Assembly: GCF_963921235.1 (NCBI RefSeq)
Contig: NC_086109.1
Coordinates: 17,176,001 to 17,240,000 of the forward strand
Origin: Mobula hypostoma
Lineage: Eukaryota
Length of the DNA stretch: 64,000 bases
Direction of reading: 5' to 3'
Position 1 is the stretch's first letter, and every line of letters begins with the position of its first letter. The notes under the pieces are model-generated. The model was not told the origin of the DNA, made no database searches, and saw only the letters and a program-made list of their open reading frames with translations. This document shows, in pieces, positions 26,031-38,020 of the stretch. A program made the translations under genes and the position numbers.

Positions 26031-26838
26031 TACTTTATTAATCCCAAGGGAAATTTGGTTTCGTTACTGCCGCACCAACCAAGAATAGAGCGTAAATATA
26101 GCAATACAAAAACCCCCAACAATCAAACAACAAAATGCAAACTATGTCAGATGGAAAATAAGTCCAGGACCAGTCTATTGGCTCAGGGTGTCTGACCCTC
26201 CACGGGAGGAGCTGCATGTTCGATGGCCACAGGCAGGAACGACCTCCCGTGTCGCCAAGTGTTGTATCACGGTGGAATGTGGCCGAAGTCCAACAGTAAA
26301 AAGTTCAATATCCAGTCTGAAAACACATTCCTCGATCGTAATATGCCCCGGATTGCACCATCTGTTGTTAACCAGATCAGTAAGCACCCAACTCCTTTAC
26401 CTTTACCGCTCTCAGTGCACTTCCGGTCAGCCGGAACAGTATTACCCACTGAACTCCTCTTCTCCAAAAGTCTCTGTTGTCTCGACCTGGTCCTCTTTCC
26501 TCAGCTTTGTGATCCCCCTCTGCATCCTGTGTGTGTTTTCCTCCGGGTTTCAGCAGGGGTGTCCGCCGCTCTGCTCGCTAAACCGGCCGTATTTGCTGGT
26601 CCGTGGAATACACAATGCGACCTTGCTTCTGTCCCGTGTGTCAGGATGTAACCATTTCCAGCGCTAAAGAAAACCCAAATAAAACTCTCTCTACCAGCAT
26701 GTTAGAGAGGGTGCAGCTTCGACGTGTTACCGTGAGAAAAAAAATACAAAAAATAACATAAATTAAAAAGTAAGAAGAAGAAAGTAAGAATAGATCGGAA
26801 CGGCTGTACCAGGCTGCATGCATGACTGGCGCTCTTCA
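26007..26838 (-). mobile_element. Internally deleted Rex1/Babar LINE
   Basis: 5'UTR and endonuclease start (ADRKCTESGKGKG; VNNRWCNPGHITIEECV..DIELFTVGLRP) are fused directly to the RT C-terminus (RHGRSFLPVAI). 3' end AATTTCCCTTGGGATTAATAAAGTA plus (TATC)n. Confidence 0.8.
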
Positions 26839-29280
26839 GACCTTCAGAATTCTTCAGTTTCAGTCCTCTAATGAAAACTGAAGTACATACACCTTTGCAC
26901 ATGAAGAAGACATACTTGAATTCCAGCAGCTATGCCCAGAACATAGCACCAGTTCAGTGCAATTCCTTACCACCTGTTGGAAATCTGGACTGAATCCATG
27001 CCCTTTACTGAAACTCTGCACTCACAAGTCATCTTCAACTGTGTGCACGGACAGGACTGGGGAAAGCAGTACAGCCCGAAAATGTGGAACTCAGGATTGC
27101 TGGGGGCATTCAACACCATGTGTTGTCAGATTGCCAGGATTTTCAACAACCCTCTATCCCATTCTGCTGCACCAAGCTCAACAGCTGGCACCACTGAAAT
27201 CAAAGATAAATAACTCCACTGGGAAGACTGTGCATCCAAATAAACTGGGTAAACTGCAGCAAAAAGTAACAACGGCTGCAGTTGAATGTGGCCATTTGAG
27301 TGACTGTACATTCCCAGGAATATGCAAACTCATAGAACTGGTGAAAGATCATGTCAGCCAGGGCACATCTATGTGCCATGCCAATAATGGGTGGCTGCCC
27401 CCTTTGCCCCAACCCATTCATCGCCTTGGCAGCACATTCATCCTCAAAGAATGTGGTGGTAAGATCACAGTAGACACTGATGCTGCTTCAGTACCAAAGG
27501 GTGGCTCTCAAAGGTTCCCTGCATAGCACCTGTAACAAACCACTCCACACATTTTAAAACAACACCTTGCAGCTGTGGTTCCATTCTTACTGCCAACACT
27601 GGAAACTCAACCCAAGTTGCAAGATAACCACATACAGAAATTATTGGGCCTAGAATAAAATTCTTCAACTGCAGTGTTGAAAATCCATTTCCTCCACAAA
27701 TGCTGCCTCACCCCACTGAATTCCTCCTGCATAAAAAAAATCATAGTAACTAACTCATTCAAGTGACACACACAAGATACTTCAGTCCTGCCGAATGGTC
27801 TTGGCCCGGAACGTTGACTGTGCTTTTTTTCCCCCCACAGATGCTCTCTGGCCTGCTGAGTTCTTCCAGCATCTTGTGTGTTGCTTGGATTTCCAGCATC
27901 TGCAGATTTTTTCTTGTTTGTCATTCAAGTGAAATCTTTTCCTCTTCCATTAAGTGTGCCATTTGTTTCTCTTAAGAAACAATCAAAAGTAATGAGAAAG
28001 GAATGACAGTGGAAATCAAGTATAAATAGGGCTAGTGAACTGCGGGCAGAAAACAACATACAATTTTGTGTAAAAGCACATCAAAGTCTTGGCTTTGATA
28101 TGTCTTTCATGACATGATAAAGCATTAAACTATGACTCAACATGGAGTTGATTTACTTAGCCATTAATGGCTTCTCCTAATGCACTGGTAGCACTGCATT
28201 TTAACAGAGTATTCAGCCAAAAAATATTGCAGCTATCAGTCATGATTTGTCAAGATTAAGTTTCACAGAACGTACACTGCATTTAACAATTTAACTGTTG
28301 TGTCAGAAACATCAACATCACCCAGTAATCATAACCTTTGTTACTCCCATTATTGGAAAACCTATCATCAAATATTCCAGGCTGACAAGACTGAACATGC
28401 ACAATGGCTGTTCAGATCATTTTTATTACTGCTGTTGAAGGACAAAGTGTAATTAACCACTAGTTCATCTTCCATTTTTTTTTAGAAACATGGCTTAGAA
28501 AATGATATGCATATATAATGCTGACTAATGCAGGCAGATCACTTCTACCAATTTACGAAAAAGTACCTGGCTAACAAATATCCCAGTCAGTGTATTTTCT
28601 ACTTCACAAGTTACAAATTTTCTTTGAAGTGGCAAAAATAATACTCTGACACCAAAATGTGAGATTTGGCAAGAAAAAGATTTAGTAGTGCTTCAAGGCT
28701 GCATTGAGGAATTATGCATCCTTCAGTAAATGTGAAATTTCACTACTCCCTGCTATTGATTACACGCCTTCACATACTGCAGAGAATTAGCACCAACTGA
28801 AGTATAAACTAATTAAACAGTTAAAGCAAGATTCTATGAAAGTGACAATGTGTTTGATAAATGAATCAGGAAGGATGCGACTAGCAGGGAAGCAATTCCT
28901 TTAGATTTCCAAAAAGGCATTTGAGAAGATACAACACTGAAGGGTTACATCGGCTGTGGTACAATATTTATACCAATAGAAGAATCGCTCAAGACAAATC
29001 CTACGTTTTCAATTACAATATCCATGAGTCACTTTGACTAGTGGTTTGATCGATACTGCCTAAAAAGGACACGGTCAGAGTACAGCCAATGGGATGGTTG
29101 CAGATGGTCAGCACTGGCAAGGTGAGCTGAAGGCCTGTTTCTGAGCTGTACAACTGACTACTAAAAAGCCACTGATAAGCTTTTGAAAAACATTCACTGC
29201 ATAATCTATCATTTGTATAAAATTATTTTAATCATTTAATGCTATTTTGTCTGCAGCAAATGTCAACATTAACATGCAGA

Positions 29281-29390
29281 ATGCTGGAGGAACTCAGTAG
29301 GTCAGGCAGTATCTATGGAGGGGAATGGATAATGCACATTTCGGGCTGAGACCCATAGATGCTGCCTGACCTGTTGAGTTCCTCCAACAT
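29281..29390. repeat. Shorter palindromic copy of the same Penelope-derived family
   Basis: atgctggaggaactcagtaggtcaggcagtatctatgg ... ccatagatgctgcctgacctgttgagttcctccaacat. Confidence 0.8.
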
Positions 29391-30124
29391 TTTGTGTGCG
29401 TCGTTCTGGATTTCAAGCATCTGCAGAATCTCTTGTTTATGAAATGTCAACATTATCCACATGAATTAGAAGCACCAATATTTTTTTTCCTATCTCAGCC
29501 AAGATACACAACCTGGATCTTGTGTTCAAGATTTTGGAAAAGAGTTTATTGCCACAACCTGTCTCAGGGGACACCAGCAATATAATTCCATATCCTGCAA
29601 TGTGCCCTGCATTATTTCCACAGCTTAAACTAATAATCTAACCTTCCATATTTCATCATCTTTCTTATTCTGCAACACTTGCCTCAGCTACCAGAAAATG
29701 CTTGCTTGTTCCTCCACATTTTGTAAAGAATTCCCTACATTATAGCCGTGAGCTTGTTATTTCCACCCACTTGTCTCCATTCCATCCTTTATCCCCCAAA
29801 ACAAATCACACTTAACTCTGTCATCCATTGCCATGCTGTACATTAGTGGGCAGACTCCTTAAGTTGAGTATTGACCGCTCACGTCACCATTCAGTTCCAC
29901 CTTTAGTGACTACGTCCCCTGAACAGCTTGATTCTTGTTTCAGTACACATTAATCCCTCAGCCCAACTACTAAATCAGCGCCTTTGGAAAGTTCAAGGAC
30001 AAATCACCATCTTTCTTTGAATATGTACTGCACATTCAATTAACATGCTGATTTCTTGCAAGTATTGCTTATGGATCCAAGAGACTCTGATGTTCTATGC
30101 TCTTATCTCAAACCAAACATCATG

Positions 30125-30583
30125 GAGTTGCCTCCAACCTGATGGCATGAACATCGACTTCTCTAACTTCCGCTAATGCCCCACCTTCCCCTCGTGCCCC
30201 ATCTGTTACTTATTTTTATACACACATTCTTTCTCTCACTCTCCTTTTTCTCCCTCTGTCCCTCTGAATATACCCCTTGCCCATCCTCTGGGTCCCCCCC
30301 GCCCCGTCTTTCTTCCTGTCCCATGATCCTCTCGTATCCCTTTTGCCTATCACCTGTCCAGCTCTTGGCTCCATCCCTCCCGTCTTCTCCTATCATTTTG
30401 GATCTCCCCCTCCAACTTTCAAATCCCTTACTCACTCTTCCTTCAGTTAGTCCTGACGAAGGGTCTCGGCCTGAAACGTCAACTGCACCTCTTCCTAGAG
30501 ATGCTGCCTGGCCTGCTGCGATCACCAGCAACTTTTATGTGTGTTCCTTGAATTTCCAGCATCTGCAGAATTCCTGTTGTTTG
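30125..30583 (+). mobile_element. Penelope-like element 3' fragment (GIY-YIG C-terminus, 3'UTR/pseudo-LTR, hammerhead motif)
   Basis: LQPDGMNIDFSNFR* end, near-identical to 56400-56880. CTGACGA at 30453-30459 and GAAACGTC at 30473-30480. Confidence 0.88.
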
Positions 30584-31153
30584 ATCATGGAGTTGCATAT
30601 TGTTTATTAACTAACATGATATTTTACCTGTGCGCACAGTGGCAAAACATCAAGCAACTACAGCAACACACACAAAATGCTGGAGGAACTCAGTAGGCCC
30701 AGGCAGTATCTATGGGGAAAAAAAAGTCGATGTTTCGGGCCGAAACCCTTCAGCAGGACAACTACAGATTCCCTGACAAGCTTACAAGAGGATGGACCGT
30801 GACAATGAACAGGGAACAAAGGTGTTTTACAAATCAGACCCAAGCAAATATCATTGCCCCCCAACCCTTAGCAAAATCCTCAGAAATAGCTATTTCAAAT
30901 ATCTTGTTATATTCTACAAAGAAAGGCAGATAGTAAAATTCACTTTTCATCTAACCAATAATTAAGGGGGGAAAAGCATAAACGTTCAGGCAAAGCACCA
31001 ATGTTATCTAAATGAAAAAAACAATTAACAGAATAGGCAACAAGTCAGCACATTTTTACAGGGCTATATTCCCATAAACACTAAATTAACACATCTACAA
31101 TTAAACCCCAAAATAAAAACTCTACAACAAAATACTCTGTAAATGCTGGGGTC

Positions 31154-31348
31154 AAAGCAACACCCACAACATGCTGGAGGAACTCAGCAGGTCGGGCAGC
31201 ATCCCTGAAAACGATCAGTCAACATTTCGGGCTGGAACCCTTTGTCAGGACAGACTTTGAAGTGTTCCGGCCCGAAACGTTGACTGACCGTTTCCACGGA
31301 TGCTGCCCGACCTGCTGAGTTCCTCCAGCATGTTGTGAGTGCTACTTT
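31154..31348. repeat. Palindromic Penelope-derived element (long hairpin)
   Basis: 40-bp perfect inverted arms CACAACATGCTGGAGGAACTCAGCAGGTCGGGCAGCATCC (31165-31204 and 31298-31337), extending imperfectly to about 80 bp. Confidence 0.9.
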
Positions 31349-33241
31349 ACAACAAGACCTTGTACAACAAGCCTCTTTCATGAACAGAGTAAATATTTCA
31401 AGGGTGTTCTCCACGTATCCTTGAAAAAAACTAACACCTCCAACAGGGAATAGGTGATAAACGAGGGTGCAAAATGAAGGGCACTCAATGTTTCTACAAT
31501 AAGCAGACAGAACAAGCTCAGCAATAGAGGAAAAAAATCAACATTGCAAATATCAACTGTACTCTTTTCCTGGATGCTGCCCGACCTGCTGAGTTCCTCC
31601 AGCATTCTGAGTGTTTTGCTCAGATTTCCAGCATCTGGACATATCCTCTTCTTTGTGATCACAAATAAATACCCCACTCTGCAAAAACTGAAAAATTGGA
31701 GAGACTTGAACATAGGAGAATTGGATCAAAAGCAAATGATCCTCAACTCCCAAGAATCACCCAAGAATACAAAACCATTTAAGTTACAAAACACAAGGGC
31801 AATAATTATTCATTATTTTAATCAATATGGCTTATTTACCTTTTACGATGAAAATGTATTTGATCAACTCATCTATACCTGCCTTTTTCCAACCTCGCCA
31901 ATCAAGGCACTTCATACTTCAACAGCAGCCTCTTGGGCAACAGCTACACTGATTCATTTCAGATAAAAATGGTACTGTATTTGACTTCATTTTATTCTTG
32001 ACTATATAACATAATGTGCAGTTATTTATCAAGGATAAGCCACTAAATTGCTCACCAGTTATCATCAGGTCAAGCTTATTAATATTTAATCTCCAACAGC
32101 TGCAAATCTCTTTCACTCCAATAGCTTTACTAAAGGCATTGGTGTCTCAATGCAAAAGGTATGTTTTGTATCCCAACAATGCTCAGTGAGAAAAGCATCT
32201 GTATCGGAAAACATTGACCTGAGAATTACGTGTGGAACGTATACAGAGGTGTGGGCTTTTCAGCAAGTGGGCCACTTTGCCGAAGCTAGTGAAGTACGTA
32301 AGTGGTAAGTGGTTTTCTAATACTTGATAGCATTTTATGTTACATGAACACACACAAAAAAAATCCTAGAAATGCAGAAGTAAATTCAACAAGCACATTC
32401 TGCTTCTTGCACACTGGAGGATTTTACAGTTTTAGACTCTGTTGTGCTTGTATACTAGCCAGTAGCTGGAATTAGAATGATTTTGCACAAATAGAATTAG
32501 ACAAAAGGTAGTAGAATGGGAAGGGTGGAGTTCAAATACCAGTGTAGAGACATGAAGATAACTGAACCGTTCTAAATGTGCACAATTAAAACAAAATAGC
32601 AGCAGGACAACTAAATTGCAACGTTTCTATTTTCCCCAAGAATATATACTGGGTGAAAATATAAGACTTTCAGAGGTGAACAAGAAACCGATATCGATAA
32701 ATTCCTTCTGATCGAAGGATTTGTTTCAAGTCTCTTTCCATATAAATACTTCTATAATTCACTCCTTCCCAAGCATGTCTCTTACACTCGACATTCTCGT
32801 CAACTATCACAAGCAATGCAAAAACCTTTTTACTTCTGCCTGGCTTGCTTTTAAACACAGGCTCTGGACTGTGTAATGATTCAAGTAAACAAAACCAGAC
32901 CTTTTAAATAATGTCACTCAAAACAATATACTGTACAGGTTCGGACAAAAGATGTTCAGCAGTTTTTCCAACTTTTCTCTGCTTGTCACGGATGAGACAA
33001 ATGTATCATACAATGTAAACAAAAGAAAAATTCAATTAAAACAGAAAATGTTGGAAGCAGCTTTTTATTTTTAATCCCTCGCCAAGTTAGCTTTCCATTC
33101 GGGTTTGCAGTTATGCCCACCTTTACCAGCGAATGTCAGGGGCAGGTTGTGGACCCCAGTCCCAGGACCTCTCCACCTCCAAAGCTTACAAGACCTTTCC
33201 TTACCAGGGGAAGTTCCACAATCCCTGACGGGGTACCTCAC

Positions 33242-33488
33242 CTTCCAAAGAGCCGATGCCATTGACGGCTTCGGCGTGCGCGGTGCTCGGTTCTGCCGGC
33301 TGTTCGAGCTGGGGCCCGGGGCTGCTGCATTGCGGCTGCCGTAGCTCTTTAAAGTACTTCTTAGTCTCCCGCAGGTTCTGCCTGAGGTACGAGCAGTGCT
33401 TATTACAGCTGCCCATCATCCGGAGCAGGTCTCTGGCCGTCGGGGTTAGGCAGCGCCCGCTGCTGCTACTGCCGCCCGCAGCCTCCAT
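33242..33488 (-). CDS. DSTYK: DSTYK (dual serine/threonine and tyrosine protein kinase, RIPK5) coding exon 1
   Basis: Translates MEAAGGSSSSGRCLTPTARDLLRMMGSCNKHCSYLRQNLRETKKYFKEL..., matching the recalled human DSTYK N-terminal motif YLGRLRQNLRETQKFFRDI. The ATG at 33488 has a strong Kozak context (GAAATGG). The 247-nt exon ends at GAAG|GTGAGG (phase-1 donor), compatible with exon 2, and lies in a CpG-rich island. Confidence 0.93.
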
Positions 33489-33489
33489 T

Positions 33490-33710
33490 TCCACGCGCTG
33501 GGGACGGCAGTGGCTGGGCCCGGCTGCAGCGATTCTCGCCTCGACTCGGCGCCGCCCCTCGGCCTCCCTCGCTCGGGTAACACCCGCCTGCCGCCTCCTG
33601 GGTAACCGAGGCCTCATGGGTAGTACTAACAACGCACTGGCCGCTGGGAATTGGAGTCCTCCAGGCTTCATTTGACAAAGCGACGTCTCCTGGGTAATGT
33701 AGTCCATATG
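33490..33710 (-). promoter_or_regulatory. DSTYK CpG-island promoter/5'UTR with tandem ZNF143(Staf)/SBS-like motifs
   Basis: CpG-dense region. On the - strand: GGACTACATTACCCAG (33705-33690), GGACTCCAATTCCCAGC (33659-33643), ACTACCCATGAGGC (33624-33611) and TTACCCAGGAGGC (33605-33593). Repeats begin immediately upstream at about 33715. Confidence 0.7.
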
Positions 33711-35909
33711 GCTTATTCTAATTAGAATTAGTTTATCATGTCACATGTACAAAGATATAGTGAAAAGCTTGTCTTGCATACTGTTCATACAGATAAAATT
33801 ATGACACAATGTATTGAAGTTGTACAAGGTGCAACAATACCACAATGCAGAATAAAGTGACATGTACAGAGAAAGTGTAGAGCAAGTAGACAATAAGGTG
33901 AAAAGTGATAAGATATACAAAATCATGAGGAGTAAATGCAAGCAGGCTTTTTTTTCCACTGATGTTGGGGAGAGTAGAACTAGAGGTCATAGATTAAGGG
34001 TGAAGATTAAGGTGCACAGCTGAGGGGAAGCTTCTTCACTCAAAGGGTGGCACAAGTGTGGAATAAGCTGACAGGAGAAGAGGTGGATACAGGTTTGATT
34101 GTAACATTTAAGAGATATTTGGAGAGATACATGGATGGGAGGGACATAGAGGAATATGGTCCAGCTGTGGGTTGATGGGACTGGGCAGCATAACAGTTTG
34201 GCTGAAGTGCTGAGGTGCTCTTTGACTCTATAATTTGGTATATTGTCAAAATGTTTCAGTATCTTATGTTTAAAAAGAGATCAGTGCTGTGTGTAGTACT
34301 CCAGTTGCTGTTTGGCAAATGCCCCCCATTGCTGAGGTGTAACTTCTCTACTTTTGCATGGAGTTCCTCCAGCAATGAACTAAATCATTGTGAATTTTCT
34401 GAATTTCCGCAAAATGTACTATTAGATACATTTTCTTGAGCAACTTAGTCTCGCTTCCTGATTTTTTTTTCAATGTCTTCACCGTGCTTTTGTTTCTCCA
34501 CATTCATCTAAATCACTTTCTTTTCCTTTGCTCACACCTTACTTTCATCCCACCACCCCTTCCGCACACCCAGGCTGCTCCTTAGTTTACTTCTATCTAT
34601 GTGCCAGTTAAAATTAGCCTCTTGTTATGTGGCCTACAACCCCAAGTCTGGTTCGGAATACTTTAGCCAAAGAATGAGAGTTCTAAATAGAATTTATTGC
34701 GGCCACAGGCAGAGCCGTTGCCATAGCATGCCGGGATGCATCCAGATAGGATGCTTTCTGTGGTGCCTCGATAAAAATTTGTAAGGATCAACGGGGACGT
34801 ACCAGTTTTCTTCACACACCCCCCCCCCCACCCCGAGGAGGTAGAAGCATTGGTGAGCTTCTTAAACCAGAATTGGAGTCAAATTTATTATCACATAACA
34901 GGAAGTGATATTTGTTGTCTTGCGGCAGCACACCCCGTGCAAAGGCTATAAATAACAACAAATAAATAGTGCAATAGGTAGTGTTCACGAACTGACGGCG
35001 GAAGGGAAGAAGCTGTTTCTGAATTACTAAGTACAGTTCTCCTTTGCTTCCTCAGTGCAGTTAAAAATAGTCCAACTACTTTTCCCTGTCTAGTGCAGCC
35101 CTGGCTTTGTGGATATGGCAATCTCAAGTAATGCAATGGACCCCCTACTTCTCAGCCTGCTCTTTCCTGCATCCTGGACTTCCTAGAAAATATCAGAGTC
35201 AAAGGAGATTTTATTGTCATTGGCACAAGTACAATGAAATTCTTTCTTGCAGCAACGTCGCAAGCACATAGCATCAATTAAGCAGCATTCTCAAGGAAGA
35301 CATCAATTAAACCTATTGGGTCTGCTCCCCCATTCAGTATTGTCCTATTTACTACCCTTCTCAACCCCGTTCCCCTGCCTGCTCCCGGTTACCTTTGGCA
35401 CACTTACTAATCAAGAACCGATCAACCTCCACTTGAAATATACCCAATAACTTGGCCTCCACAGCAACTTGAAACAATGTATTCTACAAATTCACCACCA
35501 TCTGACTGAAGAAATCCCTCCTCATTTCTGTTCGAATGGCAAGTCGTTGCATTCTAGGCGGTGCCCAAGTCCAAGACTCCCAGCCATTGGATGCATTCTC
35601 TCCTCATCCACTCTAACTAGATCTTTCAATATATTCAATCTTTACAAGAAGGAACACAATTAGAATCAAAAAAAACCGTCAATCTTAATGCAAAGTGTTG
35701 CTCAACTGTAGTGATTGGAGTCGTGCTGATTGGTTCAAGAACTAAATGGTTAAAGATAAGTTGCTGCTCTCGAACCTGGTGGTGTGGGACATCAGGTATC
35801 TGCACCTCCTGTCTGATGGTGTAAACCGGATGAAGAAGATCTTTGATGATAGATGTTGCTTCTTTGAGGCAACTATCAATGATAGGGAAGAATATACCTT
35901 GTTTAATGA

Positions 35910-36119
35910 TTTTTTTGAGTTTCTTTCTGCACCTTGTGGCGCATCTGGTGGCAACTTTGCTGCTTCTTTAGCATTTGTCTGTTTTATATGAGGCTGAGTT
36001 GCTAGTTCGACGCTCAAGCCCAGCACGGATGGAAACCGTGCAAGGAGCCGGCTGGATTCGAACCCGGGACCACTCACCCTGCAGTCCGGTGCAGATGCCA
36101 CTACACCACCACCAACTGC
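35910..36119 (-). mobile_element. tRNA-derived SINE
   Basis: On the - strand: A box TGGTGTAGTGG, B box GGTTCGAATCC and an A-rich tail. TSD TGTTTA(A/T)TGA at 35900-35909 and 36120-36129. Confidence 0.85.
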
Positions 36120-37526
36120 TGTTTATTGAAGGAAGTGATGAAGAACACGCAATTCTTCATTGCTTCCGAAGTGCAATAGTATTGTCCATCCACTTTCCAC
36201 TGTCCAATGAAACCTTGCACCCCTCTCAGATATAGTGCCCAGTCCGTTGATTCCGAAGGAGTGCAGTGGATACCCTACTTCTTCGTGCTGTTGGCACTTT
36301 CCTACATCCCAGATTCCAGGGTTTTCTGGTTAACATGGTGCAGAGCCCCTCCCTTCACCCCAACTTCCATCCTCCATTTCTTGCTGCACTCCTTTTCATT
36401 AACCACCTTCCAGGACATGCATTTATATGATTTATCAACATAGAATGGCACACTCCTCATTAATCTATCAACCAGATGGCTTTTTCAGTAGCTTATCACC
36501 ATGACAATCCTCGCCCCACCTTAAAAAACGCGTTCTATTTCTTCGTTACCTCCCACCCTCTCTGCAGCATAAAACTAACTTACTTGTCTCTCTTTTCTGA
36601 TCCAATGAAATGTCTTTGGTCTGAAGCAGGATTTTCTGCTTTTCTTTCCAATTTCCAGTATCTGCTGTTTAGTGATTTTTCACTCAGTCCGTTGTTCTGC
36701 CCTTATGCAAGTATACCTCAAATATTTATCCATCTTTTTTTAATGCTCTCGACTCTCTCCAGTTCCAAAAGTAATATGGCCCAACCATATTAACAGAGGA
36801 GATCAGAAATCAAGTGCCTGCCTTTTACTTGTCTGCAGTTTTGAAGTTCTCTATCTGATAGATTTATACTTGTTAAGATTACTTCAGTACTTATCCCATC
36901 CTGACTTTTACTTAGCTTCATTCTTATGTTACCACCCATGGCTTGGAAGACAGCAGGTGACCAAGATTGTACGATTGCATTAAATGTACTTTGAATACCC
37001 CTGAAACTGACAAATGGCCAAATCCTCTGCTTGAAATTATTATTTTCAACACTCTTTTAATTGGTATACGGTCTTCAATACAACAACGAAAACAAGTCCT
37101 ATCGCCAACACAAAAGCAGCAGCTCTTAATCAGGTTTGCCTCAAGTTTCCGCCCTATTTTCCATTTGTTATTATTTTACATTTTTAACATTTACCCTTTG
37201 TTTTCATTTGAGAGCACATTTTGGGAATACAAATTTAGAAATAGTAACTGAAGTAGTTCACTTGACTCCTTTGGCCTGCTCTGTCACTTGATCTGATCAC
37301 TGTTACCATAACTCTATATTCCCATTTAGCCCCAGTAACCTTTCACTCCCTTGCTAATCAAGATCCATCTACTCCTGCTGAATATATTCAAAGGCTCTGC
37401 TTCCACTGCCCTTCTGGAAAGAGAGTTCCAATAATCATGACCCTTTGACAGAAAAAAGACATAGCCTTGTCTCCAACTTAATTCTCACTCTTCTTTATTC
37501 TCGGACATTCCACCATCCCAAACACT

Positions 37527-37822
37527 ACACTCAGTGGCCAATTTATTGGGTATCTCCTGTACCTAGTTACGTAGCCACTAAGTATGTGTCCATGGACTTG
37601 TGTTGCTGTAGCCCATTTACTTCAAGATTCAATGTTTTGTGCATTTGGAGATGCTCTTCTGCACAACACTGTTGTAGCACGTGGTTATTTGAGTTACTGC
37701 TGCATTTATTTCAGCTTAAACCAGTCTGGCCATACTCGTCTGAACTCTCCCATTGACAAGACTTCTTTGTCCACAGAATTGCCACTCTCTGGATACCTTT
37801 TCATTTTTCACACCATTCTCTA
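37527..37822. mobile_element. Tc1-like non-autonomous element fragment
   Basis: Starts TA-CACTCAGTGGCCAATTTATTGGGTA, a Tc1-type terminus. The other end was not found. Confidence 0.5.
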
Positions 37823-38020
37823 AAGCTCACCCAGTCTTATCCAGAATTGCTTCCCTCCATTTTACCTATATATGTACTCCATTTCCACCATTCCACCACT
37901 GCTAGCTGGCCTTCTGTTATCTTGATATCAACTCCAAACCTCCTTGTTCAATCTTTTCTTCCACTGCCCCCTCTGAAATCATCTCTGACTTTCTTTAACC
38001 CGGCTTCAAACCACCTATTC

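Noticed and set aside
30163..30610. Overlapping 122-aa and 144-aa ORFs, with look-alikes at 55746-56861 and 2339-2641
   Set aside because: Translations of the non-coding Penelope 3'UTR repeat, not genes.
33256..33675. 139-aa + strand ORF
   Set aside because: Antisense shadow of the GC-rich DSTYK exon 1.
36040..36115. tRNA-like sequence on the - strand with a possible GCA anticodon
   Set aside because: No proper acceptor stem, and it is followed by a SINE body, A-tail and TSD, so it is a SINE head.
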